64,000 bases of DNA. Origin: Antedon mediterranea. Lineage: Eukaryota > Animalia > Echinodermata. The position numbers and the translations under genes are program-made. The number at the start of each line of letters is the position of its first letter. The stretch's first letter is position 1. The DNA lies in the NCBI RefSeq assembly GCF_964355755.1, contig NC_092679.1:11887432-11951431 (forward strand), given 5' to 3'. The notes beneath the pieces were generated by a model that saw only the letters and a program-made list of their open reading frames with translations, ran no database searches and was not told the origin of the DNA. Below are positions 15,701-27,700 of this stretch, one piece after another.

Positions 15701-18700
15701 TAGAAATTGTAAATCAATCAGAAATAACATTATCCCCTAACGCTCTTCGTCCTGTTTTCATGAAATTCAATTGGATTGATTTTTTCACAAAAAGCAGGAA
15801 TAAATATACGTGACGCTAGAGACATTTCTGGCGCAAGGAAGGTGGTGCAGTCGAAAGATGGCAACTCGATGTAACTTTTGCCCGTCGAGGACGAATAAAG
15901 TGCCTTCCTGATCTGTTGCATTGGGAAAGTCGACATATCGTACACTGTTAAATGTCCAGACAGTAATAACAAATAATGCTGTTTGATAACAATAATATTA
16001 TCAAATAATCTACCTCGAATGTGTATGTTAAATGAGCAAGTTCCCTGATTCCCAGCTCTATCTGTTGCTGTATACAACACCGACACGTCAATAAACTCGG
16101 CACCGCCTGTATAAACCTGCTCACCGGGAGCGTGGCTGCCCACCGTTGTCACGACACATTCATTATCGGTTGCTGTCGGTTCTGTGTAGTCTAAGTTTAC
16201 GTAATCATAGGCCAATTGTGTATATTGTAAGACGTCGGATGGACATGTTACACCATAAGTTGGAGATTCAGTGTCCTCGGCTATAAGGCACAAAATAAAT
16301 AAAGAATTTTATTCTAAAAAAAATATCAAAAAATATATCGTACATTCAGCTAAACAAATTTAACAACATTTAATTGAGTTGTACTGCAAATGTTACTAAT
16401 TTAGTGTTAAATCCGAAAATCTGTCGGAGCATAATATGTAATTTTTTAATTATAGTTTAAATAAAAGAATAATATGTTTCCAAATGCTTGCCATTTGTTC
16501 AATAATACATCCATTGGTACCAACATCACTGTCAGTATACTTACATATTTCACATATATAGTGTTTTGAATCTGAACAAGTAGCATCATTCCACTGACCA
16601 GAGGGAAGCAAGAATTCAGCACAATCTTCACCTGAACCATGATTATCTGGGTTGCCGGAATACCAATCTATAAACATGATAAAATAATCATATTAAATAT
16701 AGAATTTACAAGTGAAATGTCTTAAATATTTCTGTCTACACCGTCTATCCAATGCTAACTTGAAACATGTATTGTCCTTCCAAACCATGCAAAATGAAGA
16801 TTAATAAAATCAGACTTTGGAACTGGCATTTTGCAGTTTTATTAAAGTTATTTACCGCCGTAGAAAAAAGCCCCATAAAAGAATGTTAATTTTAATTATA
16901 ATACTATATTTAGGAAATTAGAGACCATTTATCGACGCAACAAAAACTTATGGAAAGTTAAGCTATTCTAAGAACAATTTTGTCGCTTTCATTTTTAGGA
17001 CCCTAACAGAACAGTTTTATAAAGATGTTAATTCTGGGTAATGTTTTAGCCATAACTGTATTTTTGTTAATCTTTGAACTCATGTTTTTTTGCTTTTAAT
17101 TAATTTATCTATCTATCTATTATCGATTGAATAAATGTTACAAAAACCATAAAACCGACCATAACCATCGTAAAACGTGTAGTATACTAATTTAGTACTT
17201 AATTGCATCAAATAATTTAAAAGAAATTTCGAATTACTTTCGTAGGATGGACATTCATCACCATCAACCCATACAAACGTCCCTTCTGTTACTGTATCAG
17301 AGTAACTGATCCATGAGCTTTCACTTAACCCCAGAAGGTTTAAGATCATGGAGTTTTCATCACTGTCAGAGATCATTACTAAATTTGAATTTGACTGGCT
17401 TTCTCCGCATGAAGTACTGGCATCGGTCCAACCCGTTTGAGTGTCGAAGTGTTTGTAACAATTGCCCCGCCATGTAATCCAACCAGATGGACAACGAACA
17501 GCTAATGAATAATACATACACATTAATTATACATTATGTCATGTTTTATTGCTCCAAAAAACGGAACTCTTCTTTCTTTTCCCCAACCATTTCTTGGTCT
17601 ATTAAACGGGTTGTTACAAAAACATGAAGTAAAAGTTAGGTCAAATGAGCTATACAAATTAAATATGTTAAAGACATGAAAAATAAGAGCAAACAAAAAG
17701 TTCTAAAAAGATCGCACCTATTTCACAAACAGCGGGTCTTGTAGCTGTACATGTTTGGTCATTCCATAGTCCAGTTTGAAGTAACTCTACACAGTCTTCA
17801 TTACTATTATGATCATCCGGGTTACTTCCAGACCAATCTGAGGTGAAAGATAATTTTTATTTTTAATGTGTATTTTAGTATTTTAAAACTGAATGTATGT
17901 TCAGAGATTGTCTAGTTACTTTCCCCTGTGCAGTGTTGTGTATAATTTTGTATTAAGTTTTCTATGGTGATTAAAATGCCTATTTGTACTGTATCTCACT
18001 CATTCAATATTCTATAAATCAATAAATCTTACTTGTGTATTCCGATACCTCTTCGAATAACCGACTAACCCAGGCAAATGTTCCTTCTGATGTTAGGTCA
18101 TCATAGCCAATCCAAGCGCCATTATTCCAATTTCCCGAACCTAGTACACTATTTAGCTGATCTACGATCCATGTGTTTTCTTCGTCTCCAGCAATAGTTG
18201 CCAACTGTGAGTTCTCGTCTGCGTTCTGACATGCTGCTGCTGCATTGGCGTAAGTATTTGCATCGTTTACCACTAGGAAACAACTTCTTTTGTAGTAAGC
18301 CCATCCAGTCGGACAAACTAAATTCAGGAAAAAAAAGACACACATTATTTTTATGTTGTAATGACTAGAGAACAAGCAAAACTCATCGTTCATTCGTTAG
18401 ATATCGTAAGGTTACGATATTATTTCGTATGTATTCTTTATTGATACATTGAAATAAATAGAAATAATATGTAAAATGCTCTCCAGAACAACGCAACTTC
18501 AGCCCCCCTCCTCCTCCAAACCAACTAATATGTTAAACGTAATATAATTCTATTCATAGGTATATAACTTACGAGTAACTAATATATCCCATTCCACTGT
18601 TGTGTTATGCCCGGCATTGTCAAAAACAGTATAAGTAACAGTGTAAGGAACGACGCCACCGGTATATGACATGCTATCACCAGATGCATAATTGGTATCT

Positions 18701-21700
18701 ATGCTAGCAATTCCACTCAAGTCAGAAAATACTGGCGTCGCCCAGGTGGGTAAAGCATATTCCAAACCATCAATTATTTCAATTTCAAAATCCTCTGGAT
18801 AAGAATTTGCAATTGGAGGTTCTGTATCTAAAATTGAAACGTAAATAAAAATAATAAATATTTAAAAGGTTGACAGTACATAACTGATGAAAATCATGTC
18901 AAATATTATGGGTTGGTTGAATGAATTATACTTTAGGCCTCTCACAAATACTGTATAATAAATTCTATAATTTTACGTGTAAATTACGTTAAAAATTATT
19001 TTTCTTTTAAAAATGCCGACTTCCTACCTGATATAACTGAAATTACAAAAGAACACGTTGCTGTATTGCCTGATACGTCAGTAGCCGTATATGTAACAGT
19101 CGTATCCGTCTGAGTATTCAACAGTGTACTGAACGTGTCACTAGAATTATAGTTTGACACAACGGTATTAATGCACCGATCATCTGTCGCCGTTGGTTCC
19201 GTCCATGTTACTACTATGGATAATTCGTCCTCTTCTGTGATGAGAATCTGGTCATGAGGGCAAGTGACTCCAAATGAAGGCTCGGTACTGTCAGAAACTG
19301 AAATGTAAAAGCGTATTTTTTACCAATTATTCGAGAGTTAAATATAGGCGCAGCCTAGGTTTCTTGTCTGATGTTTTGTTATGAAGTTGGCTTTCCTCGC
19401 ATCTAAACTGACAATGTTCAAATTGAATTTGTCCAAATGAATTAAACACTTACATATTTCGCAAACATATGCTATGGTCTGGGAACATGACAAGTCATTC
19501 CATTGATCTGAGGACGCTTCCATTTCTACACAGTTTTCATTAACACCACCATTTGGTTCGTTTGAATTAAAATCTAAAAATAGTTACAATTTCAAAATAA
19601 GAAAAACATTTGCATTACCTTCATACTTTGCCTATTATGCACAAGATGTACTCTTGCTGAAAAACATAGACATATTTCTGCACTTTTTGTTTGAGATCAG
19701 TTAATCACTAACCATAATAAAAGCTATTATAATAAAGACGAACATTCGCAAAATTCATTTAATGTTCCGGTCGCGTTGACCATGGCCGAAAGTAGGATCT
19801 CTTTCACGTTTTTAATCGCCTGGCAAGTACAGTATACATATGTGCTTGTATTATTTTGTTACTAACTTACTTTCAAATGAAGAACATTTTCCAGAGGACG
19901 ACCATACAAAAGTACCATCAGATGCAGAATCGGTATAACCAATCCAAGCATCATTTGCAAGACCAATTTCTTCTGCGACAACCCTGTTCTCATCTGCATT
20001 TGCTATAGTCACCAAGTAACCATTGTTGTGCAAGTTGTTGCAAGCAGTTTCAGCGGCAGACCACGTTTCTGTGCCTTCTACATACTGATAGCAATGACCC
20101 AGCCAGAACACCCAACCATCAGGACAACCGACCACTAAAGAATACGAGTGTAAGATGATAACACATTAAATAATTATTACAGTAGTTTTAAGATTTCTTT
20201 TCAGTAATATTGTATCGCGCGCAAGTACAAATTAACGATTTTTTTTCAGAATTCATATTAATTAGAAATTATTCAACAAGCCAAATACCAGATTTTCAGA
20301 TTATGTTTTAAAAGTACATTTCAAGAGCATCCAGCACCGAAATACGTAAGCCTACCTTTTTCGCAGACAGCGATCTGAGACGTGGCAGTACACGACTGAT
20401 CATTCCACGTGCCATCTGTATTTAATTCAGTACAATCTTCATTATTCGAATTGTCTGGTTGGTTTGATCCCCAGTCTATAATGAAAATAATAATTTTCAA
20501 CGGACAAAGTTTTCAAATTTTGCATATATGGATAATCTATACCTTAGTAACTGTAAGGGTGGGTAGAAAGTTCTTTTTAGTATCAAAATGCTCAGAACAT
20601 ATTTTTATTTACTCTAATACAAAATGTTTTCAGAAAATGGCCGGAATAACCATTTCCGTAATTGTGACCTTTGACCCTAGTATGCTCATATCTTGTATGC
20701 TCTACTACTTGTAGTAGAGACATGGAATTGGACTTAACGATATATATGTTAGTATTTTGTCTAATGAAATATTTTGTCTTAAAGTGACCGGAAACCACAG
20801 TATTGACCCTTGACCTAATAGTCTCACATTTCGGTACCCAATGAGCATAAAATCGTAATATTGAGCTTAAATTATGCAAGACGTATATATTTATATTTTA
20901 GCTAATGACTAAATTTGTTAATATTTGGTCTAAATAAATTTGTTGTCCTAAGTGACCGGAAACAATACAGACCCTTGACCTGATAGTCTCACATTTCGGT
21001 AACCAATTGGCATAAAATCGTAATATTGGGCTTAAATAAGTATATAAATTATTATTTTTCTATAAAGGACTGGCTGGCTGGATGTAATATAATAAGATAA
21101 TAATATATAATAAATGATAGTGACTTAGTGACCCAAATAATGTCAACTACTGATCATAGAGCGACGCATCATTGTGCTTATTCGACCTACTATTTAGCCA
21201 TGGACCTATAAATTAACTAACCTTTAATTTGTAGGTCCATGATTTAGCTATCAATCCTATTTGACAAATTTTGCTTTAAATTACAGTTTTACATTTTTTT
21301 CTAGTGAACATAGGTGTAAAATTTGAAACGTTGTCATCCGTGTACCGATTCTGGCCCTTTGTACCCTAAGGCACCCTACTAAAAGCAGTATGACAAAAGA
21401 AGCGCGTCTTGAAGTGTTAATCAAATTTGGAAAAGGAGTGCACATTATAATAAATCTACTTCAGGACTATTTTAGGCAAAATGGATTGTACTTCTTTATG
21501 GTACCCTATTCATAATAATGGTTTGCTTACTTTCATACACTGACCCCTCACGTGCCGTTTGTTCTGCCCATTCAAACTGGCCTTCGGTAGAGATATCATT
21601 ATAGCCTATCCAAACGACTGTCCATCCTGGATCGTCTGCGTCAAGCTTGCTTTGTAACCACATGTTTTCATCTTCACTTGAAATAACCGCCAAATCCCCT

Positions 21701-24700
21701 CCATCTTCACCTTGACAATACGTTTGTGCATCTGCATAGCTGCCCGTAGTGGTGTACACGAAGTAACAACTTTCAAAGTCTGTGTTCAGCTCCCATCCTA
21801 TTGGACAATCTGTTGATTCAAATTTTTAAAAGCTATATGGATTAATTTGACTAATCGTTTGATAGTAGAAATAATCAATACTAAATACGACGTCATATAA
21901 CCCTAGAGCTATGTAATGTCATAATTCTGTAGATTGCTTATGCGAGGTAATCTAGCAGCGCACGGGATGACGAGCAAACATAGTACAGTACTGTTGGTTG
22001 TTGGTTGTCGCAGCCAGACATAAGATCAAAGGAAGAGTTGGCAAGACAAGCCCAGTGTTATGTTGTTAAATTGCCTTGGGTTATGTCATTTTATATTGTA
22101 ATACGCGTCATTGAAGAATTCGGAACAACTGACAGAAATATTTAAACGATTCAGCTTTTAAAGAATGTAAATACACGTTTTCTCCAATAACGATAAATCA
22201 CTGGAACTAAAATTGTTCCTGTCCTAATAAAACAACAATTACGTAAGTTTATAAAAGAACACATTTAAAAAAGTAACAAAATATTTAATAGTAAACACGT
22301 TTAACCTTCACATTTACACTATCGTTGCCTAAAGCTTGGTTCCCAATATGACGCAACGCAAGGACGTAAGCGTAACGTAAGCTATTTGACCAATCACAAG
22401 CGATGGATTATTAGGATTGTCGCTTGCCATACTGGTCAACTCGCTTGCGTTACGTATACATCTCTTGTCGGAACCACGCTTAATGGGCATTCGGCGTTTT
22501 TCCTATGTTTAAAATGGATATGAAAGGGTTCCTAGCAATATCATTTTATTGGCTCAACGTGTAGATCAATCTGTTTTAAGCTTGCCATAGTCATACTTAA
22601 TGTTTTGGAGGACGACAACGCCCTCAAAACGCCCCTGAGAAACCTGTGAAAAACTTTTTGTGACGTCACTAAAAGTTATTTTTGTATTACAGAGATAGGA
22701 ATTTAGCAGTAAATCATTGATTGATGCAAAAGCATGGTAGTAATTACTTATCGCTTTGATATTTTTATTCTTGGATAAGTATGTTAGCCTAATCGAATAA
22801 AATTAATTCATATTATCAACCATGTTTTTTTTTAAACGGATTTTAATTTCGTTTTTCAAGGCCACCTTTTACGAAATTCATAGCCAAATGCCTATCTTGC
22901 TGGGTACACGGAGTTATTTTGCGCATGCGTGAGAATCACAGAGTCGATCACCTCGGCCTCTCTCTCGACCCTCCTCTCGCGAGCGATGTTATTTCGCTAT
23001 TTATTATACACGTATTATTGAAACATTCATTTTATTATTATTTCATTGTAATTAACTGAAATTGATGGAAATTCGTCCACATCGTCTTGTTAACACGGGT
23101 GTTAACATCGTTTTGAAGAAACGGTTGGACGAGTAAATGGTGTTCGACAATGCCATGGCCTGGAGCTAGTTAGGCCGACTAGGCTAGGCTAGGCCTTTTT
23201 AGTAGTGATGACTGCTGGATACGGTGTTTAGTCGCCCGGCCAGAGGTGAGCTGAGAGCGTATGCTCCTTGATGTATCGTTGAGGGTGTTTCTGTTAATGG
23301 TAGGCACAATTGTGTTACTGTATTATGTGTATACACATTATTTATAAGTACGTTTATTAATATTGTTGTGTGCTGTAGTGTCCTGACTAACACATTATTA
23401 AAATATTTTTTTGTTATTACATGCCGCCCTATATAGCTAGCTAGGCAACACTGAATACTAAATACCCTGTATTATAGGATTCCCAATAAAATGAATAGAG
23501 GTGGATTTTCTCTAATGTAGTAATGGTTATAACAGGCCAGGCCTAGTTAGGGGTATTTGAGCTTGTATCATTATACAGTACAGTATACAGTAAATAAACA
23601 ATCATTTGTATTTTTACCTACTTACAGGTCTATAATTGGAGTGCAACTATGATAATTGATGGACAGGATAAGCAAATGTATTTATTGATTGGAATGGAAT
23701 CGCAAATTATAATATTAAGGTAACAGATACTGAGCATTGCTATTTTAAACTGTTGATCAAACCTACTTAATATATTATACCAAATTATTATTTTGTTTTG
23801 AGGGCAGATAAACATGTGCTTATTCATTTTCCTTTTTTCAGGTGAATAGAAAGATGCCCAGCGTACTTTATAATAGATGCTACTTGGATCATGCTTGCAC
23901 GATACATATGCAGTATACTAAGACACCAAGTATAGAATGAGCGCAGACAATTAAAATTACAGAACTAAATATTTATGAAGAATAGTAAAATATGCATAAT
24001 AAAATGCTTTAGACGTGAATGCTATGGTTACAGTTATACTGTAACTATGGTAATGTACTACCAGACAGTACACTAGTAGCAGTGCATCATATAGTGTTTG
24101 TTTTTAACCATCTAAATGGGTCTGGGTATATAAACAAATAAACCACTACTGTACTTCTTTTTTTATTTATTTAGCCAAATACTATGATTTATGAAAGAAT
24201 CCATCTCTTGAATATGATGGAGCTGGCTGGTGTTGATAGAATTAAAATGTATCACTCAGGTCTCAAAAGTAATTTATGTCCCGTTTGAAAAATCCTGCTT
24301 GTTCCAAACTCATTATGATACATTTGTTCAATAAAATTCATTCCACACACTATTTCTGCCATATAATTTGTTGATGTTTACAATTTTATTACTAGTACTA
24401 TTACAGTTCTTCAAAGCCATCTCATGTACTGTTGATTCCATAAATCTGCAAAGATAAGACCAATAAATGGATGGAAATGTACTATTATTTTTATTCAATC
24501 CTACCTAGGCCCTATAGTAGTATTAACTATTATATTTTATGACTTGGTAACAAACAGAAAGAGGTTATTATTTAATTACAGTTACTAACTAAACTATAAT
24601 AATCCTCTACTCTGCTCTACTTTAATTATTAATATTATTACTATTTTAGTCCATAACAAAAGTCAGAGCCAAAAACAAGTTCAACACAAGCTTACCTTTT

Positions 24701-27700
24701 TTATTTACGTCGCCTTTTACATACGTCTACGCCCGCGCCTTGTCCACTTCCTGCAGGTTCGTCGGTGGACCGGCGACTACTACTCTCTTGTACTGTAGGC
24801 CATGGAGTAACTCCATGTGTAGGCCTAACCTAGCCTAGTATAGTACTAGCGAATTTAGAAGAAACTATAGTCTACTAGACCTAGCCTAATTTGTAGTCTG
24901 CGTGAGTGGTTTAGTGTGAGATGTACAAATACACACTTTCTTCTTTTTACGTACAATCTTTGCAGACATAACTTTTTATTGATTTGTGAAATATCGATAT
25001 TTTCTACGACTGCAGCAACAGGGAGCTTGCAACACGCGAGTCTCGTGTAGGATGGGTTTGTTTATTTTGTTTACACCCACACACAGTCGATCCGCGCGAA
25101 CGAGACAAGGCGGTGATTGGACTGTATTAAAATTCATTAACCAATCACAAAACGACTGCTGCCGTGGCTACAACCCCGGGTGTTTCAAACTCTAAATTTG
25201 ACGATCTTGTACGTGCGTATAGAACGTTCATAAAAATTAAGATGGCGTGCCAGTTGGTCGGCCATTTTGCGGACGTTTTATACCAAAATTTAATTTGTTT
25301 ATTTCTCAAGTTCTACTAGGTATTTGAATCTAATTTTCTGTGTGCTGTTTATTAACATTAAAAGGATTCATACAAAGTCATTTTTGTAAAATTTTAAAAT
25401 CCTTTCATATCCATTTTAAGTACAATAAAAATATACGTACAAGATACAGTTGCTGTGAAGGCACACGTTTCAGACGGATTACCAGCTCTATCATAAGCTA
25501 CATACGTGACGTTGATGTACGCGCCGTATTCTCTTTCAGGTATTGTGATAGAATGGCCAGGCGAATGTGATTCATCTTCACTTACAACACATTCATTGTC
25601 TGTAAACGTAGGTGGCGTCCACGTGACTGTTGCTGATGTGTCCCCCAGGGGTACAACAGTCTCTACATCACTAGGGCATGTTAATGTTGTAGGTATTTCA
25701 TTGTCCTCAACTGAAATGTTGAAAAAAATAATTGTTTCTCAAAATACTAAATTTCTATAAAACATGTCCATACATATTCTTCCTTATATAATGTATTTAA
25801 TTAAGATAGATAATATTTCTCTGTACAGAAATCACTAGGGCATGTTAATGTTGTAGGTATTTCATTGTCCTCAACTGAAATGTTGAAAAAAATAATTGTT
25901 TCTCAAAATACTAAATTTCTATAAAACATGTCCATACATATTCTTCCTTATATAATGTATTTAATTAAGATAGATAATATTTCTCTGTACACATCAGACT
26001 TCCTCCTCTGGCCATCTTTATCTGCTGTTAACAGTTAAAAAAAGACCTGAGAGCATCAAATTAAATTACACTAGTTATGCGTTCTTCACCCACAACTGTA
26101 TTCCAGTGAAAACTTTCTTGTGATGTGGATATCCTTAATGGTCTAAACAAAAATGGTCTATTAGTGAATGCACGTGGTAAGCCTAAGTATTTTAATTGTT
26201 ATTTGTTGTAAACTTAATAAAACATCCTATTTATGTATATGTAAGCTTGAATTCACTTACATTTTCTAGATTCACTTAAAAAACCTCTTTCAAGATTTCC
26301 TAAGTGCGGTTTTTTAAATTGCTGTTAACTTTGATTTTTGATCATAATTTTGTATTTTTAATGTACTAGAGGGTGAGCTCGCTTCGCTCGCTCCCCCTCT
26401 AGGAAGTGTAGACGATGGTTCTCGGAATGATAATGTTCTCCTTATACGTTTTCTGTCGGTTACCATTATTGAAAATGCTTGACATTCGTAAAACTAAACT
26501 ACTTTGTTTCATAGTGTTTTAGATGATTAATAACATTTTAATGTATAGTTTTTATTGTTTAGTAGGGCCCTTTGGGGAGGCGGAGGTCATTTGAGGGAGG
26601 TGCTTATTCGAGGGATATATGTTAAATTTTTTAGTTTTAATATGGTAACATTTATAATCAAATGAAATCCTCTAATAAATATGAAAAGTGATAACAAATG
26701 CTTGGTAAATTGTAGATAACAGTGCGATGAATTCTACTACAAATAGTACAATTGTGTTATTATAAATATGTGGAACCATCCTAATAATTATTATTACATT
26801 ATTTAATTTAATCATCTTTTGAAATTAACTGCCGTGACAGAGTGGGCCCAAGAAAGAAGACATTACGGCTTGCAACATGGGCAGACATCTCGGTCCTAAC
26901 GGGACACAGGAAGATAGCCTACAGTTATTCCTGCAAGCTTACTCAATAAAACTCAGCTATCGGGATATGATTTCACTGGAAAAATGTCTTATCATCAAAT
27001 CTATGTAATTTTATAATACTATTCCCCACAATATATTCTGATTCTTTATGGCATATATTTAATTTGATCTTTATTAATTTGCAGTATAATTTATATTATT
27101 TAACTACTGTACCTTCACACACGCGCGGTATGTTTTAAAATAAACAAAAAAAACTGAAATGGCTATGACTAATGGCCATAAGCTCCAGTCCTACTATCTG
27201 ATTTTTTTTCCCGTCAGGGACACTGTATTGATTGATGGAAAGTGCCTGTTTCCAGTCACCTTTAGGGTCAAATCTATTATTTTAACTGCTCCCTTGTGTA
27301 TAAAAGAGAGAAAATATTTTGTGCTCGCCTATGTCAGAATTAACCATAATTTATATATAGATGGTTCTCACATTTTAGTATTATTTTAGACTGTTTAATT
27401 ATTATAATAACCCATTGAATCAACACTCAACATTTTTAAGAAACTATGTATTAGGCCTATATATGTATGTTGTAATGTTTTATGCTGGACCTTTTGAAAA
27501 ACAACAATGTCCCCTTTGTTGGACAACGTTGATATTGTTATCCAGTAGAAATATGTTTTTTAAAAAATATTTTAAAAAAATAAAGCAAATAATTTACGTT
27601 GGCCGGTAGAGCCTCATTTTGAATCTTTTGAAAATAGACTCGGTACTTCAGATGGGTTCGGGTGCAATTAGAGAGGTTTCGCAATCTTACGAATACGATA

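Noticed and set aside
15730-16013. C-terminal extension of ORF 15730-16293 as an alternative terminal exon
   Set aside because: It is read-through past a canonical donor at 16013 into intron sequence with no domain signal; it cannot be excluded without transcripts but has no support.
24016-24056. Further P-like footprint (tatggttacag...ctgtaactatg)
   Set aside because: The palindrome is present but the flanking 7-mers match only about 4/7; too degenerate to call.
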